DNA from: a bacterium
GTDB lineage: Bacteria > Methylomirabilota > Methylomirabilia > CAVQYV01
NCBI GenBank assembly: GCA_043800755.1
Contig: JAZDMQ010000130.1
Span: 1 to 21,781, forward strand
DNA: 21,781 nt
Direction of reading: 5' to 3'
Shown here: one piece after another, positions 1-7,487 of the stretch
How the letters are laid out: every line of letters starts with the position of its first letter
Numbering within the stretch: the stretch's first letter is position 1
Translations under genes and position numbers: made by a program
Notes under the pieces: model-generated
The model's database searches: none
Seen by the model: only the letters and a program-made list of their open reading frames with translations
What the model was told of the DNA's origin: nothing

Positions 1-87
1 GCCTTTGACAAGAATCTCGATCACATGATGATGATGGCGGAGGGGCTGGCCGACGGAATCATCAAGCAATTTCCAGCCAGGTTCTGA
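1..87 (+). CDS. C-terminal end of a hypothetical protein (5' part outside the window)
   Basis: Frame 1 reads AFDKNLDHMMMMAEGLADGIIKQFPARF-TGA and is followed by a strong hairpin. From memory, the '..MA..L..GI.KQFP..F' C-terminus resembles a helical hypothetical-protein family. Function cannot be assigned. Confidence 0.7.
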   Translation, partial: AFDKNLDHMMMMAEGLADGIIKQFPARF

Positions 88-122
88 GAAGGGTGAAACG
101 ATAGGTCATCAAAAAATCTACA

Positions 123-159
123 AAGGAAAGGGCGCCCTCAACCTGGGCGCCCTTTCCTT
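123..159. terminator. Perfect 15-bp-stem hairpin, probable (bidirectional) intrinsic terminator
   Basis: AAGGAAAGGGCGCCC (123-137), loop TCAACCT, GGGCGCCCTTTCCTT (145-159). It lies between convergent genes, and the minus strand has a T-run shortly after the stem. Confidence 0.75.
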
Positions 160-250
160 ATGGCCTCCGTCCTCGATCTGACCGGATTGCTGTGCCAATT
201 AGCTCCAGTCGGCAACTGCATCAAGAGCAGTTGAAATTATTTTGACCCAG

Positions 251-282
251 ATACCCCGCACCTTGCTGCGGGGTAGTTCATT
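251..282. repeat. Short GC-rich palindrome, REP-like or IS200/IS605-end-like
   Basis: TACCCCGCA (252-260), loop CCTTGC, TGCGGGGTA (267-275). The minus strand reads AATGAACTACCCCGCAGCAAGGTGCGGGGTAT. Single copy in the window, no transposase. Confidence 0.45.
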
Positions 283-339
283 GGGTGGCACCGTTCATGC
301 TGTTGTTTGTGTCCCCTATCCCTGAGGTTTTCGCCTATA

Positions 340-750
340 TCACTTTGCCTCGGCCTTCACGAGATCGAGGGTCTTCTTCGCATCCGGGATCAGGGCACTA
401 TCCGGAAACTGCGCCATAAACTCCTCGAGCTCCTTGATCGCAGTACCCTTCTCACCCTTTTCCGCCAGATCAACGGCGCTCTTGAATTCTGCCAGCTCCG
501 CTTCCGAGACCGGCTCGTCGCCATCCTTGCCCTTCCAGTAAAGTTTGGTCTTCTGCTCCTCCTTGGTGCCGCGGATGCCGGCTATGGCGGTCTCCATGGG
601 CAGAGACTTTTGGGGCATGATCAGCTTGATCTTCTTCTGGAGATCCTTCAGCCACGCAGCAAGCCCCGACTCCTTCCTCTCCTGGGCGACGGCGACGGCG
701 AAGGTCAAACTCAGTATGAAAACCAGAACTAATGCGAGTATCCTTTTCAT
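340..750 (-). CDS. Exported small protein with a C-terminal TPR-like helix pair (136 aa)
   Basis: Start reassigned to ATG at 750 (GAGGTG RBS 6 nt upstream). Signal peptide MKRILALVLVFILSLTFAVAVA-Q. The C-terminus AIKELEEFMAQFPDSALIPDAKKTL resembles BamD/CpoB-type TPR repeats. Confidence 0.8.
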   Translation of the reverse strand: MKRILALVLVFILSLTFAVAVAQERKESGLAAWLKDLQKKIKLIMPQKSLPMETAIAGIRGTKEEQKTKLYWKGKDGDEPVSEAELAEFKSAVDLAEKGEKGTAIKELEEFMAQFPDSALIPDAKKTLDLVKAEAK

Positions 751-869
751 TTCCATCACCTCTGTTTCCTTGATGCCCCCTGCCTGATCCTGGGCGCCGG
801 ACCGTAAGCTGCAAACTCCACCTGCGGAAACGATCATGCATCTGACATCGGTCGTCCGGCATCGAGGAC

Positions 870-3800
870 CTATTTCGCGATCCCCAGATCCGCCGCGAGA
901 TCTCCGTACCGCCGCAGGACCCGCGGATCGATTGCTGCGGCTCTCTCAAACCACTTCTTGGCCTCCTCCTTCCTACCTGCGCGCAGGGAGGTCCGCGCCA
1001 GGTTCACCATCACTCCCGTGTCGTCCGGCTCCGCTCGAAGCGAGGATTCATAAGCCCGTCGTGCGTCGTCGAGCCGTTCCTGGAGGAAGTAGATATTCCC
1101 GATGTTGTTCAGGGCGACGGCATTGTTTTTGTCCACGGTCAGCATCTTCTGGAACTGCTCGAGGGCCGCGTTGTGCAGGCCGTTCTCTCCGTAGAGGATG
1201 CCGAGCCGGGCCAGGGTCGGCAAGTCCTGGGGTGTCTTCTCCAGCACGGCAAGGTAATCGGCCGAGAGGTTCGCCAGCCGCTGCCTGCCCAGGGCATCGA
1301 GCTCGTCCTTGAACCTGGCCTCGATACTGCTTTTATCTACCTTGACCTGTTTTCCCTCCGCAGGCGGAAGCGTCACTGGCCGGAACTGCTCCCAGGCCTT
1401 CTGGATCTCGATGACCTCTGCCTTGCCTTTTGTCGACCAGTCCCGGTACTCCTCGGCACCCTTCTGCCAAGCGCGCGTAAAGGACTGGCCCACCATAGTC
1501 GGCTCGACGGGGATCCAGACCGTACCGTGGAACACGACGAGGAGCGATGCCGGGAAGCCGAGGGTGTTCCGCTCACTCTCTGAGACGCCCGTGTTGAACA
1601 TCACAAAGACGTGGCCCGGCACGTCCACCAAGGCCGTGCCGATCCCGATGTTCTCAAGGGTCGCGGCATAGAGAATCGAGAGATCGTCGCAGTCTCCGCT
1701 CTTCCGGCTGAGCGTGTCGCGGGGGTACTGGAGGTAGTCCACGGCCGTGGTCTTCTCCGAGAACTCCTGGAAGGGGCTGGTGGGGTCCACAATATACGAG
1801 AGTCCGTAAACGCCGAGGGCCGCGAAGATCGTCCTGCCGTATAGAATGCTTACGGGGAGGTTCGGATAGGCGTCGACGTAGGGCTGGATCACGCTCCGGG
1901 CGAATTCCGCGACCGGCGGATCCTTGGGTGTCACGAAGGCTCCGACCTTCGACTTCTGGTCCCAGGTCATGGCGTGCCGCTCGTAGAGCGTCACCGGGAA
2001 GGTGCGCGTCACGGTCTTGGCCGCGCCCGAGACGAAGTAGGTGAGGGCGATCTCACTCTGGAGCGGCGTGTTCTCCGTCACCTCGAGGATCTTGTTGTTG
2101 AAGACCGGCTTGATCGCGAGTTCCACCTCTTGCTTCGGGCCGATCTCGGGCACCGGGACTTCGGTGGGAAAGTCCATGTAGTCCTTGATCGAAAATGCAA
2201 GCTTCGCCGACGGGAAGGGGATGTCGGTGTTGTTCCGGAGGGCGACGCTGCCCAACGGATGGGATTCATAGTATTTGTAAGCCGAGGCGAAGATCTCCCC
2301 CATCTCGATCTTTGCAATATCGATGGGCGGCGCGGTGAGCGAGGCCTTGGGCGTCGAGGTAAAGACCACTTCGCTGGGCTGGCTCTCATCTCCTTCCTTT
2401 CCCATGCCCGTGATCTGGTAGTAGTAGAGTGTCTCGTCGTCCAGTGGTCCGTCGATGAATACGGTCCGATCAACCTTCGCCACGAGATCGAAGCCTGATG
2501 ACATCTGGCGAGTCCGGTAGATCCGGTAGTGGCTCACGAAGGGCTCGATGTTCGGGAGCCACGAAAGCGTGATTTGCTTCTCCGACGCCTCGATCCTAAC
2601 CTTCTTCGGCGCCAGGGGAACGAGCCTCGGCGTCATGGCAGATACGGCGGCCGACAGTGCGCTCTCGTTTCCTTCCCTCGCCTGGCTCGTAATGCAGTAG
2701 TGGAAGGTGCGGTTGCTCGGAAGCCCCCGGTCAATGTAGGAGGGTTCAGTCGTGGTCGTCAGATGCACGAAAGGACCGCACAAGGCATCAGACCGGTATA
2801 TTTCATACTGCTTGAGGTAGGTCTCGGCATTCGGCTTCCAGGTTAGATGCACCTCGTTCATTCGGGCCTGGGCCGCAGCCTCCGCGGGCACGGCAGGTGT
2901 GTGCTGCAGGGTGAAGACCTGGATGCGCTTGTTCCCGCGGTCGCCGACACACAGACGAATGCCTGCCTCGAGGGCGAGACCCGCGGGAGACCGGAACTCG
3001 CCAGGGCCCTTTCCCTCATTCCCGAACTTCCGCAGAAACCTTCCGTTCGCGTCGAAGACCTGGACACGGGCGTTTCCTGCGTCAAGGACATACAACTCGC
3101 CGTCGGGAGAAACGAGAATGTTCTCGGGCTCTGCAAATTCGCCGTCCTGCTTGCCGGCCTTTCCCGCTTCCCACAGGAGTGTTCCCGTGTTGTCGAACTT
3201 CGCAATCCGGTTATTCTCCCGGTCGACGACGTAGATGTTCTCCGCCCCATCGATGGCTGCTCCCACGGGCTCCTCGAACTGGCCCTTCTGGCTCCCCGGC
3301 CTGCCGAAGGCGCCGAGAAACAGCCCCTTGGGGCTGAACACCTGAATGCGCCGGTTGTCCGTGTCCGCAACGACGATGTTCCCCTTGGGGCTCACGGCCA
3401 CGGCGGATGGCGAGTGGAACTCGCCCTCGCCCGATCCGGCCTTGCCCATGACCTGCAGGAGGTCCCCCTCGGTGCCGTACTTTTGGAGTCGGTCGTTTTC
3501 GGTATCTGCCACCCAGAAGTTACCGTCCGCATCCATGGCGATTCCTCGCGGATCGCGGAGCATGCCTGGTTTCTTGCCGCGGACGCCGATTTTCTTTCCC
3601 TCCGCCACACCCAGAGCGAAGAAGGAATCGCCGCCGAGACCCCAAACCCCCCCTTTGTTCGACGCCAGGGCCGTGACCTCTCCCGGGAGCTCCTTATAGA
3701 GGGCAACCGACGCGGGAGGCGAGGCGCTTCCCAGGGGCTTGCTGCCGTCGACCTCGGCTGCGAAGATCTGGAGCGTGTGTTTCTCCGCATCGAGGACATA

Positions 3801-4745
3801 GGCCCTCCCTTCCCGATCGATCTTCAGGCCTGCGGGCTTTTTGAACTGGCCCGGCCCGAGTCCCTCGGACCCCACGGAGGCCAGGAGCTTACCTTGGAAG
3901 TCAAATTTCTTGAGCTTGTAATTCCCGGTATCGGCAACAAAGATGTTCCCTCGGTCATCAATGGCCAGGCCGAGGGGTTCGTCGAAGCCCTCCGCCTTCT
4001 TGCCCTTGGCCCCGAAGACCTTGACCTGTATCCCGACAGGATCGAAGACGCGGACGGCGTTTGCTCCGGCGTCAAGGACGTAGATCCGGTTCTGGACATC
4101 TACCGCAATGTCCACCGGCTCTTCCATCTCATCCTTCTTGTTTTTAACCGTGATCTGGGTGATGAAGGTGCCGTCGGCCGTCAGGATCTGGACACGGCTG
4201 TTTCCCGTGTCCGCAACATATACCAGACCCCGGGCAGCGGCAATGCCTCCGGGATTGCTGAACTTCTTGGGACCCGACCCCTTGCTCCCGAAAGCGAGAA
4301 GGAATTTGCCTTCCCCGTCGAAGACCTGGATTCTGCCATTGCCCGAATCGGCCACATAGATCCTTCCCTGCTCATCGGCAGCGATACCTGCGGGGTACTT
4401 GAACTGGCCCGGCAGGTCTCCTTTCTTGCCCCAGGTCAGCATGGTCTTCCCGCCAAGATCCATCACCACGACCCGGTGTGCCTCGGTATCGGCAATGTAC
4501 ACGCGGTCGCCCGAGAGCGCGACTGCCAGCGGGCCGTTCAGCACGCGCTGTGCGGCCTTTTTACCTGCCTCGCCCACCTCCCGGGCGAACTCGATCTGCT
4601 GATAGCCGAATGCCGGCGAAAGAAACAAGACCAGCATCCAGGCCAGCACGGCCCCCCCCAGTCGTCTGCCAAACAGGGAAAGCCGTCCTCCTCTCGGGCC
4701 TGTCGCGGCCATCCGAACTCCATGTTTCTCTTGAAGTATGAACAT
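870..4745 (-). CDS. Large exported multidomain protein: two NHL-repeat beta-propellers, two fibronectin type III domains, transglutaminase-like domain, C-terminal TPRs (~1291 aa)
   Basis: Start likely ATG 4745 (AAGGAG 9 nt upstream). Hydrophobic leader ends in SPAFG. About a dozen GxFxxPxGIAxD...YVADxxNxRIQVF repeats. FN3 signatures VHLTW..YEIYRS..YIDRGL..FHYCITS and ITLSW..YRIYR..FIDGPL..YYYQITG. Then SGDCDD...PGHVF...WIPVE, and TPRs such as AVALNNIGNIYFLQERLDDARRAYESSLRAEP. Confidence 0.9.
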   Translation of the reverse strand: MFILQEKHGVRMAATGPRGGRLSLFGRRLGGAVLAWMLVLFLSPAFGYQQIEFAREVGEAGKKAAQRVLNGPLAVALSGDRVYIADTEAHRVVVMDLGGKTMLTWGKKGDLPGQFKYPAGIAADEQGRIYVADSGNGRIQVFDGEGKFLLAFGSKGSGPKKFSNPGGIAAARGLVYVADTGNSRVQILTADGTFITQITVKNKKDEMEEPVDIAVDVQNRIYVLDAGANAVRVFDPVGIQVKVFGAKGKKAEGFDEPLGLAIDDRGNIFVADTGNYKLKKFDFQGKLLASVGSEGLGPGQFKKPAGLKIDREGRAYVLDAEKHTLQIFAAEVDGSKPLGSASPPASVALYKELPGEVTALASNKGGVWGLGGDSFFALGVAEGKKIGVRGKKPGMLRDPRGIAMDADGNFWVADTENDRLQKYGTEGDLLQVMGKAGSGEGEFHSPSAVAVSPKGNIVVADTDNRRIQVFSPKGLFLGAFGRPGSQKGQFEEPVGAAIDGAENIYVVDRENNRIAKFDNTGTLLWEAGKAGKQDGEFAEPENILVSPDGELYVLDAGNARVQVFDANGRFLRKFGNEGKGPGEFRSPAGLALEAGIRLCVGDRGNKRIQVFTLQHTPAVPAEAAAQARMNEVHLTWKPNAETYLKQYEIYRSDALCGPFVHLTTTTEPSYIDRGLPSNRTFHYCITSQAREGNESALSAAVSAMTPRLVPLAPKKVRIEASEKQITLSWLPNIEPFVSHYRIYRTRQMSSGFDLVAKVDRTVFIDGPLDDETLYYYQITGMGKEGDESQPSEVVFTSTPKASLTAPPIDIAKIEMGEIFASAYKYYESHPLGSVALRNNTDIPFPSAKLAFSIKDYMDFPTEVPVPEIGPKQEVELAIKPVFNNKILEVTENTPLQSEIALTYFVSGAAKTVTRTFPVTLYERHAMTWDQKSKVGAFVTPKDPPVAEFARSVIQPYVDAYPNLPVSILYGRTIFAALGVYGLSYIVDPTSPFQEFSEKTTAVDYLQYPRDTLSRKSGDCDDLSILYAATLENIGIGTALVDVPGHVFVMFNTGVSESERNTLGFPASLLVVFHGTVWIPVEPTMVGQSFTRAWQKGAEEYRDWSTKGKAEVIEIQKAWEQFRPVTLPPAEGKQVKVDKSSIEARFKDELDALGRQRLANLSADYLAVLEKTPQDLPTLARLGILYGENGLHNAALEQFQKMLTVDKNNAVALNNIGNIYFLQERLDDARRAYESSLRAEPDDTGVMVNLARTSLRAGRKEEAKKWFERAAAIDPRVLRRYGDLAADLGIAK

Positions 4746-4838
4746 AAGAGCACGCTCCTTCCCTAAGGAGAAATGGGGGACTTGCCCGCCTCGCTCATCA
4801 CAACATCCAGCCCGCACCTGAGCTCATTCCCGCCTCCG

Positions 4839-5317
4839 TCAAGTCCCCTTGACTCCCCCAGTCACAGCCTCCCGGTGCTCCAGCCAGAACACAGCGGGCT
4901 TCCGGAGACCCGCTTCCTGCAATACCCTCAGGTCTTCGAGGAGAGTAATCGGTTGATCTCTCTCTTTCGCTTCCAGCTCATCGAGGGTTTGGCGGGTGGA
5001 GGCCATATCTCCAAAACGCTCCTTCTTCCCTGATGCCCGCTCAACGATGCCCGCCACTCGGATCTCCTGAAGGCGTCTCTCCACGGCGGGATCCTCTGCC
5101 ACGATCAGATCCGCATTCAGAAACCATCCGCCTGGCTGGAGTCGCTTCATCGCCCGGCGAATGACGCTCACTTTGTCCTGCCGGCTGAGGTGGTGCAGCG
5201 CATACGAAGAGTAGACCAGATCAAAGCCCGTTTCCTCGGGAATTAGCCCCTCGAGCTGGCGGAAGTCTCCGATGCAGAAGCTCACCCTTTTTGGGGGCGG
5301 GGGGACGGATCTCGCAT
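4839..5317 (-). pseudogene. N-terminally truncated class I SAM-dependent methyltransferase
   Basis: The C-terminal motifs GDF..., FDLVYSSYALHHL and LQPGGWFLNAD are present. Glycine-rich motif I and the acidic motif II are absent. The nearest RBS+ATG (5317) is out of frame and stops after 11 codons. Confidence 0.6.
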
Positions 5318-5377
5318 CTCCTCCTTTCACAAGTCGGCTATTAGAATCGCCCTTCCTCCGAAATGGAGTTGGAATCG

Positions 5378-5689
5378 TTAGTCCAAAAAAGATCCAAAAT
5401 ACTCCCGGTGCGCATCGCAGCGGCATCTCTTGTTCCAGGGCTCGGGGCACCGGTTGATCAGCTCGACCTTCGCGTCGCCCTCTGCCTTGGGCAAGGGACC
5501 GTCCACCCTAACCGAATCCTCTCCGCAAAACCGCTCCCGCCATATCTGGACGGTGTAGGTCTGGCAGGCCTCACAGAGGAAATAGGACTCCGTGTATTCG
5601 TCTCCCATGATGCTGCCGGAGATGGACGCCGTCACCTTCCCCTTTCCCTCGTCCTCCAAGACCCCGCCGCATCGGGGGCATCTGACCAT
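5378..5689 (-). CDS. Small Cys-rich hypothetical protein, probably metal (Zn)-binding (103 aa)
   Basis: CPRC, CEAC, two further single Cys and a CRCxxH motif. Purine-rich RBS GGGAGAAGGA and a TTGACA upstream. Confidence 0.75.
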   Translation of the reverse strand: MVRCPRCGGVLEDEGKGKVTASISGSIMGDEYTESYFLCEACQTYTVQIWRERFCGEDSVRVDGPLPKAEGDAKVELINRCPEPWNKRCRCDAHREYFGSFLD

Positions 5690-5708
5690 TTCCTTCTCCC
5701 TTCCCGCC

Positions 5709-5737
5709 TATCTATCCTCCGCTCCCCCTTTTGTCAA
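5709..5737 (-). promoter_or_regulatory. Possible sigma70 promoter for the Cys-rich gene
   Basis: TTGACA (5737-5732), 17 nt, TAGATA. The -10 is weak. Confidence 0.35.
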
Positions 5738-5776
5738 CTCCTTTCTCGGCAGCCCAACCGACCCCACAGAAATTCC

Positions 5777-5805
5777 TTGACACCGCCCTCGGGTAAGGGT
5801 ATCTT
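5777..5805 (+). promoter_or_regulatory. Sigma70 promoter for the beta-barrel gene
   Basis: TTGACA (5777-5782), 17 nt, TATCTT (5800-5805). Confidence 0.6.
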
Positions 5806-5854
5806 GCCGAGAATTGCGACGGCAATATGACTTGGAAGGAGAGAATGAAGACCT

Positions 5855-6745
5855 ATGGCTCAATGTGGTCATCAAATCAAAATGTCCTTGCCGTGTTTCG
5901 GGCTGGGATTGCTTCTGCTGCTAACTGCTGGATCGGGCTATGCGCGGGCGACGGGACCAGAGGAGCAGGGGATCCAGCAGCAGGCGATAAGTGAGCAGGA
6001 AGCTCCCCAGCAGCAGCCAGCAGCCCAGGGACAGGAGGTGCCGCAGCAGGCGGCAGTTCACGGCGTTCCCGGGCCTATTCGGTTCGAGCTGACCTCCCGC
6101 ATGGAGTCAAAGTATGAGCAGATCTTCTATGAAACTTCCGGGCATGTGCACCGGTTCTTGTTGTCGGGCAGCTATGCCTTTTCCAATATGTCGGTCGGGA
6201 TCGACGAGCTCCCCATTATCAAGGTCGACACGACGGGACACCCGGATGAAGGCTATGCGCTGGGGGACGTTATTCTCCGATTCGGCTATGTTCCGTACAT
6301 CGCACCTTCGGGGAATTTTGGGGCCGCCCTCGTCACAAACCTCACCTGTCCTACCGGCGACTTCGAGAAGGGCGCAGGCAACGGGCGCTTCGCGCTGGAA
6401 CCTCGTCTATTCCTCCCCTACAAGGTTAACCAATGGTTCACCACCGTTCCCGCCATGTATTATATGTTCACCCTCAGGAAGGAAGAGGAGCTTGCCCAAA
6501 AGGTGAGCCTGCTTACCCTGCGGCTCATAAACATCTTTTACCCCTCCTCTAACACGTATCTGATCGTGGAACCCAGGTATTATTACGATTTCGAGGGGAA
6601 CAAGCCCAGCGGAGAGCTCCGGTTCAATATCGGCACCATGATAACCCGGAACACAACGGCTTTCCTGGAATACTCAGCCGGCCTCGGGGTCAACAAACTC
6701 TTCGAGGCCAAGGCTGCGTGCGGTCTCCGCTATTTCTTCCGGTGA
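5855..6745 (+). CDS. Putative outer-membrane beta-barrel channel/transporter with a Gln-rich N-terminal linker (296 aa)
   Basis: Signal peptide (..LLLLLTAGSGYARA), Gln-rich linker and alternating amphipathic aromatic strands. The LTCPTGD..GAGNG..LEP motif resembles the 'MetA-pathway of phenol degradation'-type channel family. Aromatic C-terminal strand CGLRYFFR. Confidence 0.65.
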   Translation: MAQCGHQIKMSLPCFGLGLLLLLTAGSGYARATGPEEQGIQQQAISEQEAPQQQPAAQGQEVPQQAAVHGVPGPIRFELTSRMESKYEQIFYETSGHVHRFLLSGSYAFSNMSVGIDELPIIKVDTTGHPDEGYALGDVILRFGYVPYIAPSGNFGAALVTNLTCPTGDFEKGAGNGRFALEPRLFLPYKVNQWFTTVPAMYYMFTLRKEEELAQKVSLLTLRLINIFYPSSNTYLIVEPRYYYDFEGNKPSGELRFNIGTMITRNTTAFLEYSAGLGVNKLFEAKAACGLRYFFR

Positions 6746-6809
6746 GCGGCACGTATGGCCTCAGACAGGGAGGAGAAGGCGGGCGGGAACGGCTCAAGCA
6801 GATGACAGG

Positions 6810-7487
6810 CTAAGCCGGCAGGGCCTGGAGGCGCGCCAGCAAGCTCCAGGAATAATTGGGATCGAGATCCCAGAGGGTGATGAACTCGATTGCCTTGGGC
6901 GGCACCTTGAGGTCAAGGAGGGCCGTGGCAAGACGATCGGCGGCGATCTCGGAGAGTGACGGCAGGCCCGTAGTGAGACGAAGCGGCCCCAGGCGGTGAG
7001 TCTGGATGCGGAATTGCGCGGTACCCAGAATCAGCTTCTGGGCTTCCAGGTGGTGATAGAGTTCATGGGCGAGATGGAGGGGGGCTACATCGGCTATGCC
7101 AATCACCTCCTCGAGATGGTTGGTCCGGATCAGCTGATTGGCCTCCTCCACAGACTGCGCGTAGAGGGTGATGGCTGGTGGCCGACTGCCGTACTCGGAG
7201 AAAAGCACTGAGCGGCCCGCCTGCGCCGGGCTGCTGCTGCGGGCGATCGGCACGCCCAGGGAAGCTGCGATCCCTTCGGGCCTTCGGCCCCAATTTCCTA
7301 TGGCCATCTCGGCTGCCGCCTGCCCGGCGGCCAGGGCAAAATCGATCACACCTTGCTCAGATTCGGGCTGAAGCCGCCGGGCTAAGGGATCGTCCCGGAG
7401 CGTCAGTTGAGCTAAGCGCCGCTCGGTTCCCTCCGCCACGACCGCCCGCATTAGCGCCGTCAGAGAGCGAGCCGGGTCAGAGTCCAC
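6810..7487 (-). CDS. HExxH metalloprotein, zincin/ImmA-IrrE-like motif (225 aa)
   Basis: Start likely GTG 7487, overlapping the upstream gene's end by 11 nt. Motifs ITLY..., LHLAHELYHHLE and a downstream SEIAADRLA (candidate third ligand Glu). Confidence 0.75.
   Translation of the reverse strand: MDSDPARSLTALMRAVVAEGTERRLAQLTLRDDPLARRLQPESEQGVIDFALAAGQAAAEMAIGNWGRRPEGIAASLGVPIARSSSPAQAGRSVLFSEYGSRPPAITLYAQSVEEANQLIRTNHLEEVIGIADVAPLHLAHELYHHLEAQKLILGTAQFRIQTHRLGPLRLTTGLPSLSEIAADRLATALLDLKVPPKAIEFITLWDLDPNYSWSLLARLQALPA

Noticed and set aside
2905-4590. Periodic nucleotide similarity suggesting an array
   Set aside because: Fully explained by the ~47-aa NHL protein repeats.
2847-4766. 639-aa plus-strand ORF
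   Set aside because: Antisense shadow of the NHL repeats in high-GC DNA, with no recognisable motifs.
5960-6060. CAG-rich degenerate repeats
   Set aside because: They encode a Gln-rich low-complexity linker. This is not a CRISPR array or a regular tandem repeat.
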